This document shows positions 47,775-58,990 of a DNA stretch of 64,000 nucleotides, piece after piece. Position numbers and translations under genes: made by a program. Positions within the stretch are counted from its first letter, which is position 1. The number at the start of each line of letters is the position of its first letter. The DNA lies in NCBI RefSeq assembly GCF_006345805.1, contig NW_021833228.1:1-64000 (forward strand), read 5' to 3'. This DNA comes from Octopus sinensis. Taxonomy: Eukaryota. The notes beneath the pieces are model-generated. The model was not told the origin of the DNA. It did no database searches and worked only from the letters and a program-made list of their open reading frames with translations.

Positions 47775-47867
47775 TAATTGGCTGAAGAGTACTCAGCATC
47801 TTAAATCTGCTGTAATACTTACAGCTTTTAATAAAATGTTGTAGTGCGAAACAATTGTACCAAATTA
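47775..47867 (+). ncRNA. Type I hammerhead ribozyme of PLE copy 2
   Basis: TAATTGG-CTGAAGA-GTACT...AGTGC-GAAA-CAATTG-TA-CCAAATTA. Confidence 0.82.
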
Positions 47868-48021
47868 CCGGAGTCATTCTTTGTACTTACTTTTGATTAT
47901 AATCACCCAACAAATTTTTATGGATAACACCATACAAAATTCTGGTGCATCTAAATTAAGTACCATATTCATTTGAATCTAAATTTTTGCTGAACTTATA
48001 TATACCTACATATATATATAT

Positions 48022-48267
48022 GTGGAGGCACATGGCCTAGCGGTTAGAGCAGCGGACTTGCAGGTTCGAATTTCAGACCAGGCGATGTGTGTGTTTATGA
48101 GCGAACACCTAAGCTCCACGCGGCTCCGGCAGAAGGTAATGGCGAACATCTGCTGACTCTTTCACCACAACTTTCTCTCACTCCTTCCTCTTGCATTGGA
48201 ATGGCGTCCTGTCCAGGTGAAACTGGGAAACCGGCCTTATGAGCCAGGCGTGGCTCAAGAAGGAACA

Positions 48268-48276
<9 letters not shown>
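48022..48276 (+). mobile_element. Second tRNA-derived SINE family with (AAC)n tail
   Basis: A-box tggcctagcggttagagc, B-box ggttcgaatttc, tail aacaaacaacaac. Confidence 0.75.
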
Positions 48277-48311
<35 letters not shown>

Positions 48312-48331
48312 TATATATATATATATATATC

Positions 48332-48365
<34 letters not shown>

Positions 48366-48368
48366 TAT

Positions 48369-48401
<33 letters not shown>

Positions 48402-48414
48402 AATAATATATATA

Positions 48415-48473
<59 letters not shown>

Positions 48474-48483
48474 AATAATATAT

Positions 48484-48518
<35 letters not shown>

Positions 48519-48584
48519 ATATATATATATATACACACACATATATACATACACATATATATACATACATATATATATATATAT
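48277..48584. repeat. (TA)n microsatellite
   Basis: Direct inspection. Confidence 0.95.
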
Positions 48585-51500
48585 ATGATGGCCGTCCACT
48601 CGTGACTGAGGAAGACCATTGCCGACCCTCAGGAACATTGTGCGAGCTAGGACTAACTTATATTTTGCATTTGCGGCTCCGTTGGTGGCTAATGAGCCCT
48701 GCTCTTGACAAGCATACACGACTGCAAACATTGCAGACCAAGCTTTCCCCATTCACTATACGAGCTGTGTGCTTTCGCGCAGCTCGCTTAAGTTCTTCAT
48801 GCTGGATACGTGCTCTCTCAAAAGTGTCGATCCCCTCCTTAACCTGCTTCCTCCATCTGTGGCGATGACAGGCATTGTTCTCCCAGTCAGTGTCCTGCAT
48901 ATCAAAGGCCTTTAACGAGGACTTGACACATTCCTTATATCGCAGCCTTGATTTCTGCCGGAGTCTCCTTCCATTCACAAGTTCTCCATAGAGCATCTGC
49001 TTAGGAATCCTGTTATCCTTCATTCTAATAAGGTGTCCAGTCCAACGCAACCGGTGCTTGTGTACCATCGCCTCAATACTCAAGATATCAGCTGTTTTCA
49101 GGATCTGTGTGTCTGGAATTTTTGAGGTCCTGCCAACATTGAGAATGTGTCTGAGACGTCTCTGATGAAAACGTTCAAGGACCCTGACCTGACGTTTGTA
49201 CAGAGTCCATGTCTCACATGAGTAGAGAAGCGATGTCAGTACACAAGCACGGTACAGAGCAACTTTTGTTCTCCTTGCAATGCCATGTTGGGACCAGACA
49301 CAAGACTGAAGAGACCGGAAGGAATTAGTTGCTCTCTGTAACCTGAAAGATATTTCCTCATCCAGGGAGCAAGAACGGCTGAATGTGCTGCCCAGGTAGA
49401 CAAACTTGTCTACTACCTTCAGAATTGTTCCTTCAACCAAGATAGCTGGTTCTATATATGGATTTCCTGGTGCAGGCTGGAACATTACAACAGTCTTGTC
49501 CAGGCTAATGCCGAGTCCAAATGCCCTGCAAGAAGCAGAAATGCAATTCATGAGTATTTGCATGTCATCCACTGTATGAGTGACTAAGTCACAGTCATCT
49601 GCATAAAGGAGGTAACGAATAATAGACTGGGAAACCTTTGAATTGGCAGCAAATCGGCGAAGATTAAAGAGGCGGCCAGAAGATCGATATCTGACATATA
49701 TTCCCAGAGAGCTAACCTTAGCAAAAGCAGCAGCAAAGTACTAAGAAAAGAGAGTTGGGGCAAGGATGTCACCCTGCTTGACACCATTCTCTACAGGAAT
49801 GGGTCCCGCCATGGCACCACAAACATTGACCCAAGCCTCCATCCCATCATGAAATGATTTAATTATAGATACAAAGTGATCCGGACATCCAAGTTTGCCA
49901 AGTATTTTCCATAGAAAGGCCCTATTTACAGTATCAAAGGCCTTAGTTAAATCAAGGAATGCCTGGACAAGATCCATATTCTGCTCATAGCACTTCTCCT
50001 GCATCTGTCTTGCTGTGAAAATCATACCCATTGTCCCTCTACCAGATTGGAAGCCACATTGAGATTCAGATAGGACATCATTTACGAGACACCCATTCAG
50101 ACGGGTAAGAAGAATATTTGCCAGAACCTTGCCAGCAGCTGATAGCAGAGCAATACCTCTGTAGTTACCACACATTGTTCTGGCTCCTTTTCCTTTATAT
50201 AGAGGAAGAATAATTGCATCCTTCCAGTCCTTAGGGATTGCACCATCCCTCCAGACTGCACTAATAAGTTCATGAAGGGACTGTGTGATGCAATTACCAC
50301 CAAATCGCAAGACCTCGGCACAAATTCCATCCTTTCCAGGTGCTCTACCAAGATTCAATTTACTTATTGATGTCATTACTTCATGTATTGATGGCGAGGA
50401 GTCTAAGGAGTCAATGATAGGTCTTTGTTTCATAGTATCAATCACTGTTTCATCCACAACTGACTCATGGTTTAGGAGTTCAGAGAAGTGTTCGATCCAG
50501 CGACCTGTGATTTCTGTTGATTTAGTAAACAGAGTGGAAGACTCCTTGGAAAGCAAAGGAGCTGATGTGGAGCTCTTAGGTCCATAAACTCGCTTCATAA
50601 GATGGTAAAGCTTCTTGCTGTCATTTGCATCAGCAGCAGCCTGAACATCACGAGCAAGATCCTCCCACCAAGTGTTCTGCATCTTCCTGAGAGATCGCTG
50701 CAGTAGTGATTTTACACTGTTATAGTGGGCAAGTGCTAGACTTCGCTGCACAGTAGACAGTTCTCTGTGCAGCAACACACTATGGGCATGGCGCTTCACC
50801 ACTAATAGTCGTTGAATTTCAGCATCATTCTCATCAAACCAGTCTCTGTGTCTGGCAGTAACATACCCCAGTGTTTCGGCTGCACATTGAACAACCTGGT
50901 CTCGAAAATCTTCCCAGGCTGTAGCAGTTTCAATGCTGGACAAGCGAGTCTGAAGCTCTTTCCTAACCACAACATCATATACCTTGTGGACATTTAGACG
51001 GCAAGGAATGCTGACTGGTCCTCTTCTCTCTTTCGCCCTAATCAACATTCGGAACTTTGCTTGCACCAGACATTCTGTCCAGCATTCTGATCCATACAAG
51101 GACTTGACATTACAAATGTCATAAATGTTGCGCTTGCGGATGATGACATAATCCAGCAAGTGCCAAACTTTGGACCTTGGATGCATCCATGTTGTTGTGT
51201 GATCACCTTTGTGCACAAAATGAGTGATTGCAATGTAAAGTCCATGTTCTTCGCAAAGCTCCAACAGCATGAGACCATTGCTATTCATTTTTCCTACTCC
51301 AAAACGTCCTAGAGAGTTCCATGTTTGCCAGTCTGTTCCAACTCTGGCATTAAAATCCCTCAGTAGAATGACTTTATCAGAATTGGGGATTTTTCTAAGT
51401 ATGGCTCTCAGCTGGGTATAAAAGATTGTTTTATCTAGTCAAAGTAGGTGCATAAGCACTTATTAGAGTAGAAAACCGCTAACCTTTTAAGTGCAACCGT

Positions 51501-52662
51501 AGCGTCATTATATGTTCATTTATAGGAACAGGGAGCTCTTCCAACTTCTTAAGGATATCAGATCGGACTGCAAAACCAACACCAGCCGCTCTGCCCTCCT
51601 CCTTCTGCCTTCCTTTCCAAAAAAAGGTGTATCTGCCTCCTACTTCCTCAAGCTGACCATCACCTTCTATACGAGTCTCTAAGAGTGCAGCTATATCAAT
51701 TTTATAACGATTCAGCTCACAAGCAACAAGTGCAGTGCGTCTTTCAGGCCTGCAATCACTTCTGTTGTCCAACAGAGTACGCACATTCCAACATGAAATG
51801 TTTAAGTTCCGTCCAGATGTTATAAATAAAAGACTCTTTGTTTTTTTGAGCGCAGGGTGGACATCCGTCAGTCGCGCTAAACTGACCAGATATGGAATGA
51901 CAGGCAATTTTTGGTTCACCTTTTCTAGAACCTCCCCGGTCTCCAGGTGAGCAGTGCCCTCTCCAAATGGAGCTGCTCAGACGCCCATGCAGCAACCGAA
52001 TCCTACCGCTGTCTTGGGCGACAAGGAGACGACTTTATATCTGACATGGGTCGTCTATGTGCAGGATGCTGACTACATGCTTCCAACCCGTCAGGTCTGC
52101 ATGCTTCACCACCTTCCCATCGCCGCAGGACTTCTGAATAAAATATATATGTATATATATATATACTAAAAATAAGATAAATATATATAGAATAATAATA
52201 AAAAAAAAAAATGCACATATTGAGCAGAGGTCGGCAATGCCTGTGCAGGGTTTTAGGTCCAATAAGGATTGCACAACACCTCATAGACCCTCTCCACTCT
52301 ATTGACATTATCCAGAGACAAGCCGAAGCAAGATGTCTGGTACCAATATGAGGTGCAGGCTCAGGGATGTGGGAGCGCCGTGATCTCTAGCACAAACCAA
52401 AGATCCCCAAAATGTTCAATGCCATTCCCTGCATATTTGGTTTTATATCAGAGTGACCTTCTCCTAGAGACATGCTTTAACAAAAGCTGAGGGGCGCCTC
52501 ACTCCCAGTGGTCTTCCAGCATGCCGGACACCAGCCCGGAATTTCTGCGTACCCGTGCTAACATTTATTGCATGGCCGTTGACTCTCAAGAGGTCCTCCG
52601 CCCTTTGACGGGTTTTGTTTTTCATCCCGCAGGGTGTCCAATAAACACCCTCCTCAACAAGC
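48585..52662 (-). mobile_element. Full-length decayed RTE (BovB-like) LINE
   Basis: WNVRTL..RPERRTAL APE (51479-51919); RT (49741-51288); thumb + CNVCSRVCLSRAGLISH (48658-49572); ~740-nt 5' leader with terminal hairpins; TA flanks. Confidence 0.9.
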
Positions 52663-52690
52663 AAGTATATATACAAATATATATACACAT

Positions 52691-55480
52691 ATCATCAACA
52701 TCGTTTAATGTCCGCTTTCTATGCTAGCATGGGTTGGACGGTTTAACCGAGGGCTGGCTGATCTGGCACAGTTTCTACAGCTGGATGCACTTCCTAATGC
52801 CAATGACTCCGAGAGTGTAGTGGGTGCTTTTCACCTGATCCAATAATTTGATACCCCTATAGTTATTTCCATCTAAAGCATCACCTTTACCTTTGTTGAC
52901 TATGGTGCTGCTATACCAGTCATTGGGTATGACTCCTTCATGAATTACCCAATTTATGATGCGAGTGACAAGACCACACCCACACCGCCTGATATTTTAA
53001 GCATTTCAGCGGTGATTCCTGATGGGCCAGGTTCTTTCCCCGTCTTCATACCCTTAATTGCTTTATCGACCAGGGTGCTGTCTATTAGGACAGCTGGTCC
53101 CTCTACTGGCTCAACATTTGGCAGGCTCTCCTCCTCCCATTCATTCTCCACGTTCAGTAGTCTTTCATAAGGGCATCTCCAAGCCTCTTCCTTTGCAGAA
53201 TCATTAAAAGCAAGGGCACCATCATCCATGCAGACACATTTCTCTCCTGTGACATCACAATTTTCTCTCACACACTGTCTTGCAATCTGAAATACTTCAG
53301 TTCTCTGGTCCTCACGTGGCTGAAAATTGGCAAACTTCTTTTCTGCTACTCCCTTGGCTATATATACCTTCTCTTAGCTTCCCTTTTGGCTACCTGATAC
53401 ATTCTCCTGCTACCCCCACTCTTCCAGGCATTCCATGCCTGTTTCGTTGCTCTAATGGCCCTGTCTACAGTATTGTTTCCACCACCATGTTACTCTAGGT
53501 CTAGAAGGGACTTTGCACCAGCCACAGATTTGGTTTGTGGCACTCAGCAAGCTGTCTCGCAGGAATTCCCAGTTGCCTTCTTTGTTACAGGACTGTAGCT
53601 CCTCTTCCCTATCATCAAATTTCTCGGTAAGGATATCCCTAAATCTCTGACCATGTGAAGGGTTCCTAAGCTTCCAAGTCCTTCTTTTCCAGATTGGTCT
53701 GGTTTTTTTGCATCCTTCTGTCTTTGAGTCTAAAGTCACAAATAACTAGTCTATGTTGTGGGGTACATTCTTCATGAGGAAGGGTCTTTGTATTTAAGGG
53801 CAACCATGCATCCCGCTGTCTGGTGAGAACGAAATCAATCTGGCTAGCAGAGTCACCAGATTGATAGGTTATCAGGTGGCTGACTGGCTTCCTGAAGTTG
53901 GTGTTGCAGATCAATAGGTTATTTGCATCACAGAACTCCAAGAGTCTAGTTCCCTCTATGTACACCATGGAAGATACCAGGTTGCTGTCTGACATGCCCA
54001 TTAAAATCTCCAGCTGCAAAGGTGAGATTATTGTCAGTCGTCTTTGAGGTAGCCTGTAGAAGAATATCATAAAAGTGATCCTTCTGTTCATTTGGTAAGC
54101 CTGTTTGTGGGGGGTCGTGGGCAGAGATAATTGTAGCTATACCATTCTGCAAGACTAGCCTGAGTTTAAGTACTCTATTGCACACCCTCACTACCTCTAT
54201 GACCTTATCCATCCATTTCTCTACAAGAAGTATGCCCACACCCCCTATTCCATCACTATTACCTTCCCAGAAGAGTTTATACCTATGTGCTTTGCCTGTG
54301 AGGACTCTGGCTGAAGCTCCTCTCCATCTTACCTCTTGTACACAACATACATCAACACATCTCCACTCAAGCATCTCTACAATTTCATTAGACCTACCTT
54401 TCAATGTGCCTACATTTAGAGTCCCAACTCTGAAAACTGGGAGATATGGGAGGTAACACAAGAAGGAGAGATGTTATTCAGTTCCTGTGATTGTTTGGTA
54501 ATAGACATCATAACAGTTGTTCTTGCTTTTAACCTACCGTCATTCAAACATGTTAGAGTTGATAATGTTGTTGCCTCTACTGGGGGTGGGGGTGGGAGTG
54601 AGGAAGCTTGTATATGAAAGTGTTTGGGGCATTGTGAATATAAGCGTTATGAGCATTGTGGGTGTTAGCATTACTGATGCTGCAGATATAAATATGAAAA
54701 AAAAAAGAGGGTAAGTGGGTTGCTATCTGGTTTATTTAGTCCAGAGATGACAGGGGAGAAAGGAGAGGGTGGCAAGATTACCAATATAAGAAAAGAGAGG
54801 GGAAGGGCAACTGGATGTCCAGTAAGAGAAAGAAATTTCCGGTATTGGTGGTGGGGGTGGAAAATGGTGGGTGCTACCACTGACACAAACGGTCATTTTA
54901 AGGGGAGTAGAGCAAACAAGAAAGAATGATTTTAGAGAAAAGTGTGTAGCCAAGAAACATGGTTAGTCATTGTAGGATTAGATCAAGAATTATTTTAGAG
55001 AATATGTGAGTTTGAACGAATGAGGCGATTAAAAACAAGAGAAATCATTAGGCTGTGCATATTTCGAGTGTCCTCAACGGCCAATCACATAGGATAAACT
55101 AACACAAGTCTGAGGGGGCGGTGAAACAGGTGAGGAGGTGACAACCAGAAATGGACGAAGATGGTAGACTTTGCCCTAAGCATAAAAGAGAAATAGCAGT
55201 GAGTAGCCATTGCAATAAGAAATAAGAGGTACAAACAGGAAGGAAATTATTTTAGTGAACGGTACGAAATATGTAGTCAAGAAACAAGGGAAGGGATTAT
55301 TATTATTTTTGAGGGAGAGATTGCAAATTTGGAATTTACTTCATGAAAGGTCATTTTAAGGGTTAGAACAAACAAGAAAGAATTATTTTAGAGAATAGAT
55401 GAGTTTGAACGAATGAGGCAATTAAAAACAAAAGAAATTCTTAGCTTAGCAGTGCATATTTTGAGTGTCCTCAAACAGTC
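52691..55480 (-). mobile_element. Diverged RTE (PHD-family relative): 5' leader, APE and linker joined by internal deletion to its 3' end
   Basis: APE ORFs 53946-54461 and 53666-54091; junction ~52830 from RT start to 3'UTR; leader contains an internal repeat (54970-55090 vs 55370-55490). Confidence 0.8.
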
Positions 55481-55494
55481 AAACACACATAATA

Positions 55495-55852
55495 AGCTAT
55501 GGCAGTCATTTGACTGTAGCCATGCTTGAGCACTGCCTTTAATCGGGTAGATCGACCCCAAGACTTGTTCTATTGGTTCTTTTGACAAACTACTAAGTTG
55601 CGGGAACGTAAACACATCAACACCGGTTGTCAAGCAATGGTGGAGCGACAAACACAGACACACACACACACACATATATATATTTATGATGGGCTTCTTT
55701 TAGTTTCCATCTACCGAATCCACTCACAAGGGATTGGTCGGCCTGATGCTATAGTAGAAGACATTTGCCCAAGGTGCCATGCAGTGGGAGTGAACCCGGA
55801 ACCATGTGGTTGGTAAACAAGCTACTTTCCACACAGCCACTCCTGCACCTAT
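55495..55852 (-). mobile_element. tRNA-derived SINE
   Basis: Reverse complement of the 21995 family. Confidence 0.8.
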
Positions 55853-55861
55853 ATATATATG

Positions 55862-56057
55862 TGTGTATGTGTGTGTGCGCGTGCGCGTTTGCCCCCCCCC
55901 CCATCGCTTGACAGCCGATGTTGGAGCGTTTTTATCCCCGTAAATTAGGAGACCAATAGAGTGAGTGCTAGGTTTGCAAAGAATGGGTCTTGGGCTCGAT
56001 TTGTTTGACTACAGGCGATGCTCCAGCATGGCCACAGTCAACTGAAACAAGTAAAAG

Positions 56058-56060
<3 letters not shown>
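55862..56060 (+). mobile_element. SINE 3' half
   Basis: ...gctccagcatggccacagtcaactgaaacaagtaaaag. Confidence 0.75.
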
Positions 56061-56091
<31 letters not shown>

Positions 56092-56094
<3 letters not shown>

Positions 56095-56520
56095 GGTCTG
56101 ATCAATAAGTATCTGGACTGTTGCCACAGTAACGAAGCTGAGGTTCGCTGAGTGAAGCTACATGGCACAGATTGACCTTACACTCTGCTGTGCAAGTGCA
56201 CTAAGTTTTAACATTCTAACTCACTTCCACTGTTTGCAGCAGTGCTTGGAAGGAGGGTGTATGGTGTGTGATGGTTGCATTGACCATGACAGAGAATCTG
56301 CATCAAATTTTGCCAAAAGCTTGGTGATACCTGCTCAGAGGCTAATGCAAAGTTTTCAAAAGTTTCCATCATTCTCAGCAGAATCAAAGAGATCTTGTGC
56401 AACTGAAACCCAAGTGTCTTTTTGGTCAGCTGAAATCAGTTTTGGTACAAACTTGACAGATAGACGTCTCATACCCAAATCTTCAGTGATAATGGACTGA
56501 ACTGAACCATAACTAATCTG
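56092..56520. mobile_element. Tc1/mariner remnant with internal inversion
   Basis: TA|CATGGTCTGATCAATAAGTATCTGGAC TIR; plus-strand N-terminus (CIKFCQKLG, shifted frame); minus-strand EDLGMRRLSVKFVPK. Confidence 0.8.
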
Positions 56521-56689
56521 CATCATCATCATCATCATCATTTAACGTCCGCTTTCCATGCTAGCATGGGTTGGACGGTTCAACTGGGGTCTGGGAAGCC
56601 CGAAAGCTGCACCAGTCCAGTCAGATCTGGCAGTGTTTCTACAGCTGGATGCCCTTCCTAACGCCAACCACTCCAAGAGTGTAGTGGGT

Positions 56690-58990
56690 GATTTTATGTG
56701 CCACCGACACAGGTGCCAGACGAGGCTGGCAGACGGCCACGCTCGGATGGTGTTTTTTATGTGCCACCGACACAGGTGCCAGACGAGGCTGGCAGACGGT
56801 CACGCTCGGATGGTGTTTTTATGTGCCACCGACACAGGTGCCAGATGAGGCTGGCAAACGGCCACGATCGGATGGTGCTTGTTACGTGCCCACAGCACGG
56901 AGGCCAGTCGATGCGGTACTGGCTACGGCCACGTTCGGATGGTTTTCTTATGTGCCACGTGCCACCGGCACTGGTACCACAAAGATACAAATTCCATTGA
57001 TGTTCATCTATTTTGATTGTTTTGATTTTCACTTGCCTCAACAGGTCTTCACAAGTGTCACAAGAAGGAAGGTATGCACAGGTGGACTGACTACGTCCCA
57101 GGTAGGGGCCATGGGTTATGGCCTGACTAGTCTTGCCGGGTCTTCGGATGGTGTTTTTATGTGCCACCGACACAGGTGCTAGATGAGGCTGGCGAACGGC
57201 CACGATCGGATGGTGTTTGTCATGTGCCCACCGCACTGACTAACGGCACTGATGGATTCTTGTGTGCCACAGGCACTGGTACCACAATATACAAATTCCA
57301 TTGATGTTCATCTATTTTGTCTATTTTGATTTGATTTGATTTTCACTTGCCTCAACCGGTCTTCACAAGTGTCACAAGAAGGAAGGTATGCACAGGTGGA
57401 CTGACTAGTCTTGCCGGGTCTTCGGAAGGTGTTTTTATGTGCCACCGACACAGGTGCCAGATGAGGCTGGCGAACGGCCATGATCGGATGGTGTTTGTTA
57501 CGTGCCCACACGGAGGCCGGAGGCCGGTCGATGGACGGAACTGGCTACGGCCACGTTCGGATGGTTCTCTTGTGTGCCACCGGCACTGGTACCACAAAGA
57601 TACAGATTCCATTGATGTTCATCTATTTTGATTTGTTTTGATTTGATTTTCACTTGCCTCAACAGGTCTTCACAAGTGTCACAAGAAGGAAGGTATGCAC
57701 AGGTGGACTGACTACGTCCCAGGTAGGGGCCATGGGTTAGGGCCTGACTAGTCTTGCCGGGTCTTCGGATGGTGTTTTTATGTGCCACCGACACAGGTGC
57801 TAGATGAGGCTGGCGAACGGCCACGATCGGATGGTGTTTGTCATGTGCCCACAGCACGGAGGCCAGTCGATGCGGTACTGGCTACGGCCACTTTCGGATG
57901 GTTTTCTCTTGTGTGCCACCGGCACTGGTACCACAAAGATACAAATTCCATTGATGTTCATCTATTTTGATTTGTTTTGATTTGATTTGATTTTCACTTG
58001 CCTCAACAGGCCTTCACAAGTATCACAAGGAGGAAGGTATGCACAGGTGGACTGACTACGTCCCAGGTAGGGGCCATGGTTTATGGCCTGACTAGTCTTG
58101 CCGGGTCTTCGGAAGGTGTTTTTATGTGCCACCGACACAGGTGCTAGATGAGGCTGGCGAACGGCCACGACCGGATGGTGTTTGTTATGTGCCCACAGCA
58201 CGATGGCCAGTGATGCGGTACTGACTACGGCCATGTTCGGATGGATTCTTGTGTGCCACCGGCACTGGTACCACAAGCGGTACTGACTACTTTTTATGTG
58301 CCACCGACACAGGTGCTAGATGAGGCTGGCGAACGGCCACGACCGGATGGTGTTTGTTATGTGCCCACAGCACGATGGCGAGTGATGCGGTACTGACTAC
58401 GGCCACGTTCGGATGGATTCTTGTGTGCCACCGGCACTGGTACCACAAGCGGTACTGACTACGGCCACGTTCGGATGGATTCTTGTCTGGTACCACAAGC
58501 GGTACTGACTACGGCCACGTTCGGATGGATTCTTGTGTGCCACCGGCACTGGTACCACAAGGATACAAATTCCATTGATGTTCATCTATTTTGATTTGTT
58601 TTGATTTTCACTTGCCTCAACAGGTCTTCACAAGTGTCACAAGAAGGAAGGTATGCACAGGTGAACTGACTACGTCCCAGGTAGGGCCCACGGGTTATGA
58701 CCTGACTAGTCTTGCCGGGTCTTCGGATGGTGTTTTTATGTGCCACCATGTTCCCACAGCATGGAGGCCAGTCGATGCGGTACTGGCTACGGCCACGTTC
58801 GGATGGTTTTCTTGTGTGCCACAGGCACTGGTACCACAAAGATACAAATTCCATTGATGTTCATCTATTTTGATTGATTTTCACTTGCCTCAGCAGGTCT
58901 TCACAAGTGTCACAAGAAGGAAGGTATGCACAGGTGGATCGACTACGTCCCAGGTAGGGGCCACGGGATATGGCCTGACTAGTCCTGCCG
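56690..58990 (-). repeat. Tandem array of ~300-350-bp blocks derived from the RTE 3'UTR (about 6 imperfect copies)
   Basis: ggtaccacaa..ttccattgatgttcatctattttg recurs near 56972, 57276, 57587, 57927, 58551, 58830. Confidence 0.9.

Larger units (their letters stand above)
43745..47996 (+). mobile_element. Penelope-like element (Naiad-type) copy 2, split: 43745-43842 (duplicated at 44677-44778) and 46475-47996
   Basis: SYSTLPNM, Asn-rich linker, CNCRIRSKCPVSGCC, VIYKC..YFGC, CQLCSME; trailer aligns with 10990-11200 reverse complement. Confidence 0.88.

Noticed and set aside
52480-52665. HDV-like ribozyme at the 5' end of the BovB-like RTE (also sought in the Tx1-like and PHD-RTE leaders)
   Set aside because: Hairpins exist (agggtgt/acaccct) but I could not fit the P1/P3/L3/P1.1 nested pseudoknot by eye; an RNAMotif/Infernal search is needed.
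56690-58990. CRISPR-like repeat/spacer array in the recurring ~30-60-bp motifs
   Set aside because: The intervening sequences are themselves repeated, the context is a eukaryotic LINE 3'UTR, and no cas genes are present.
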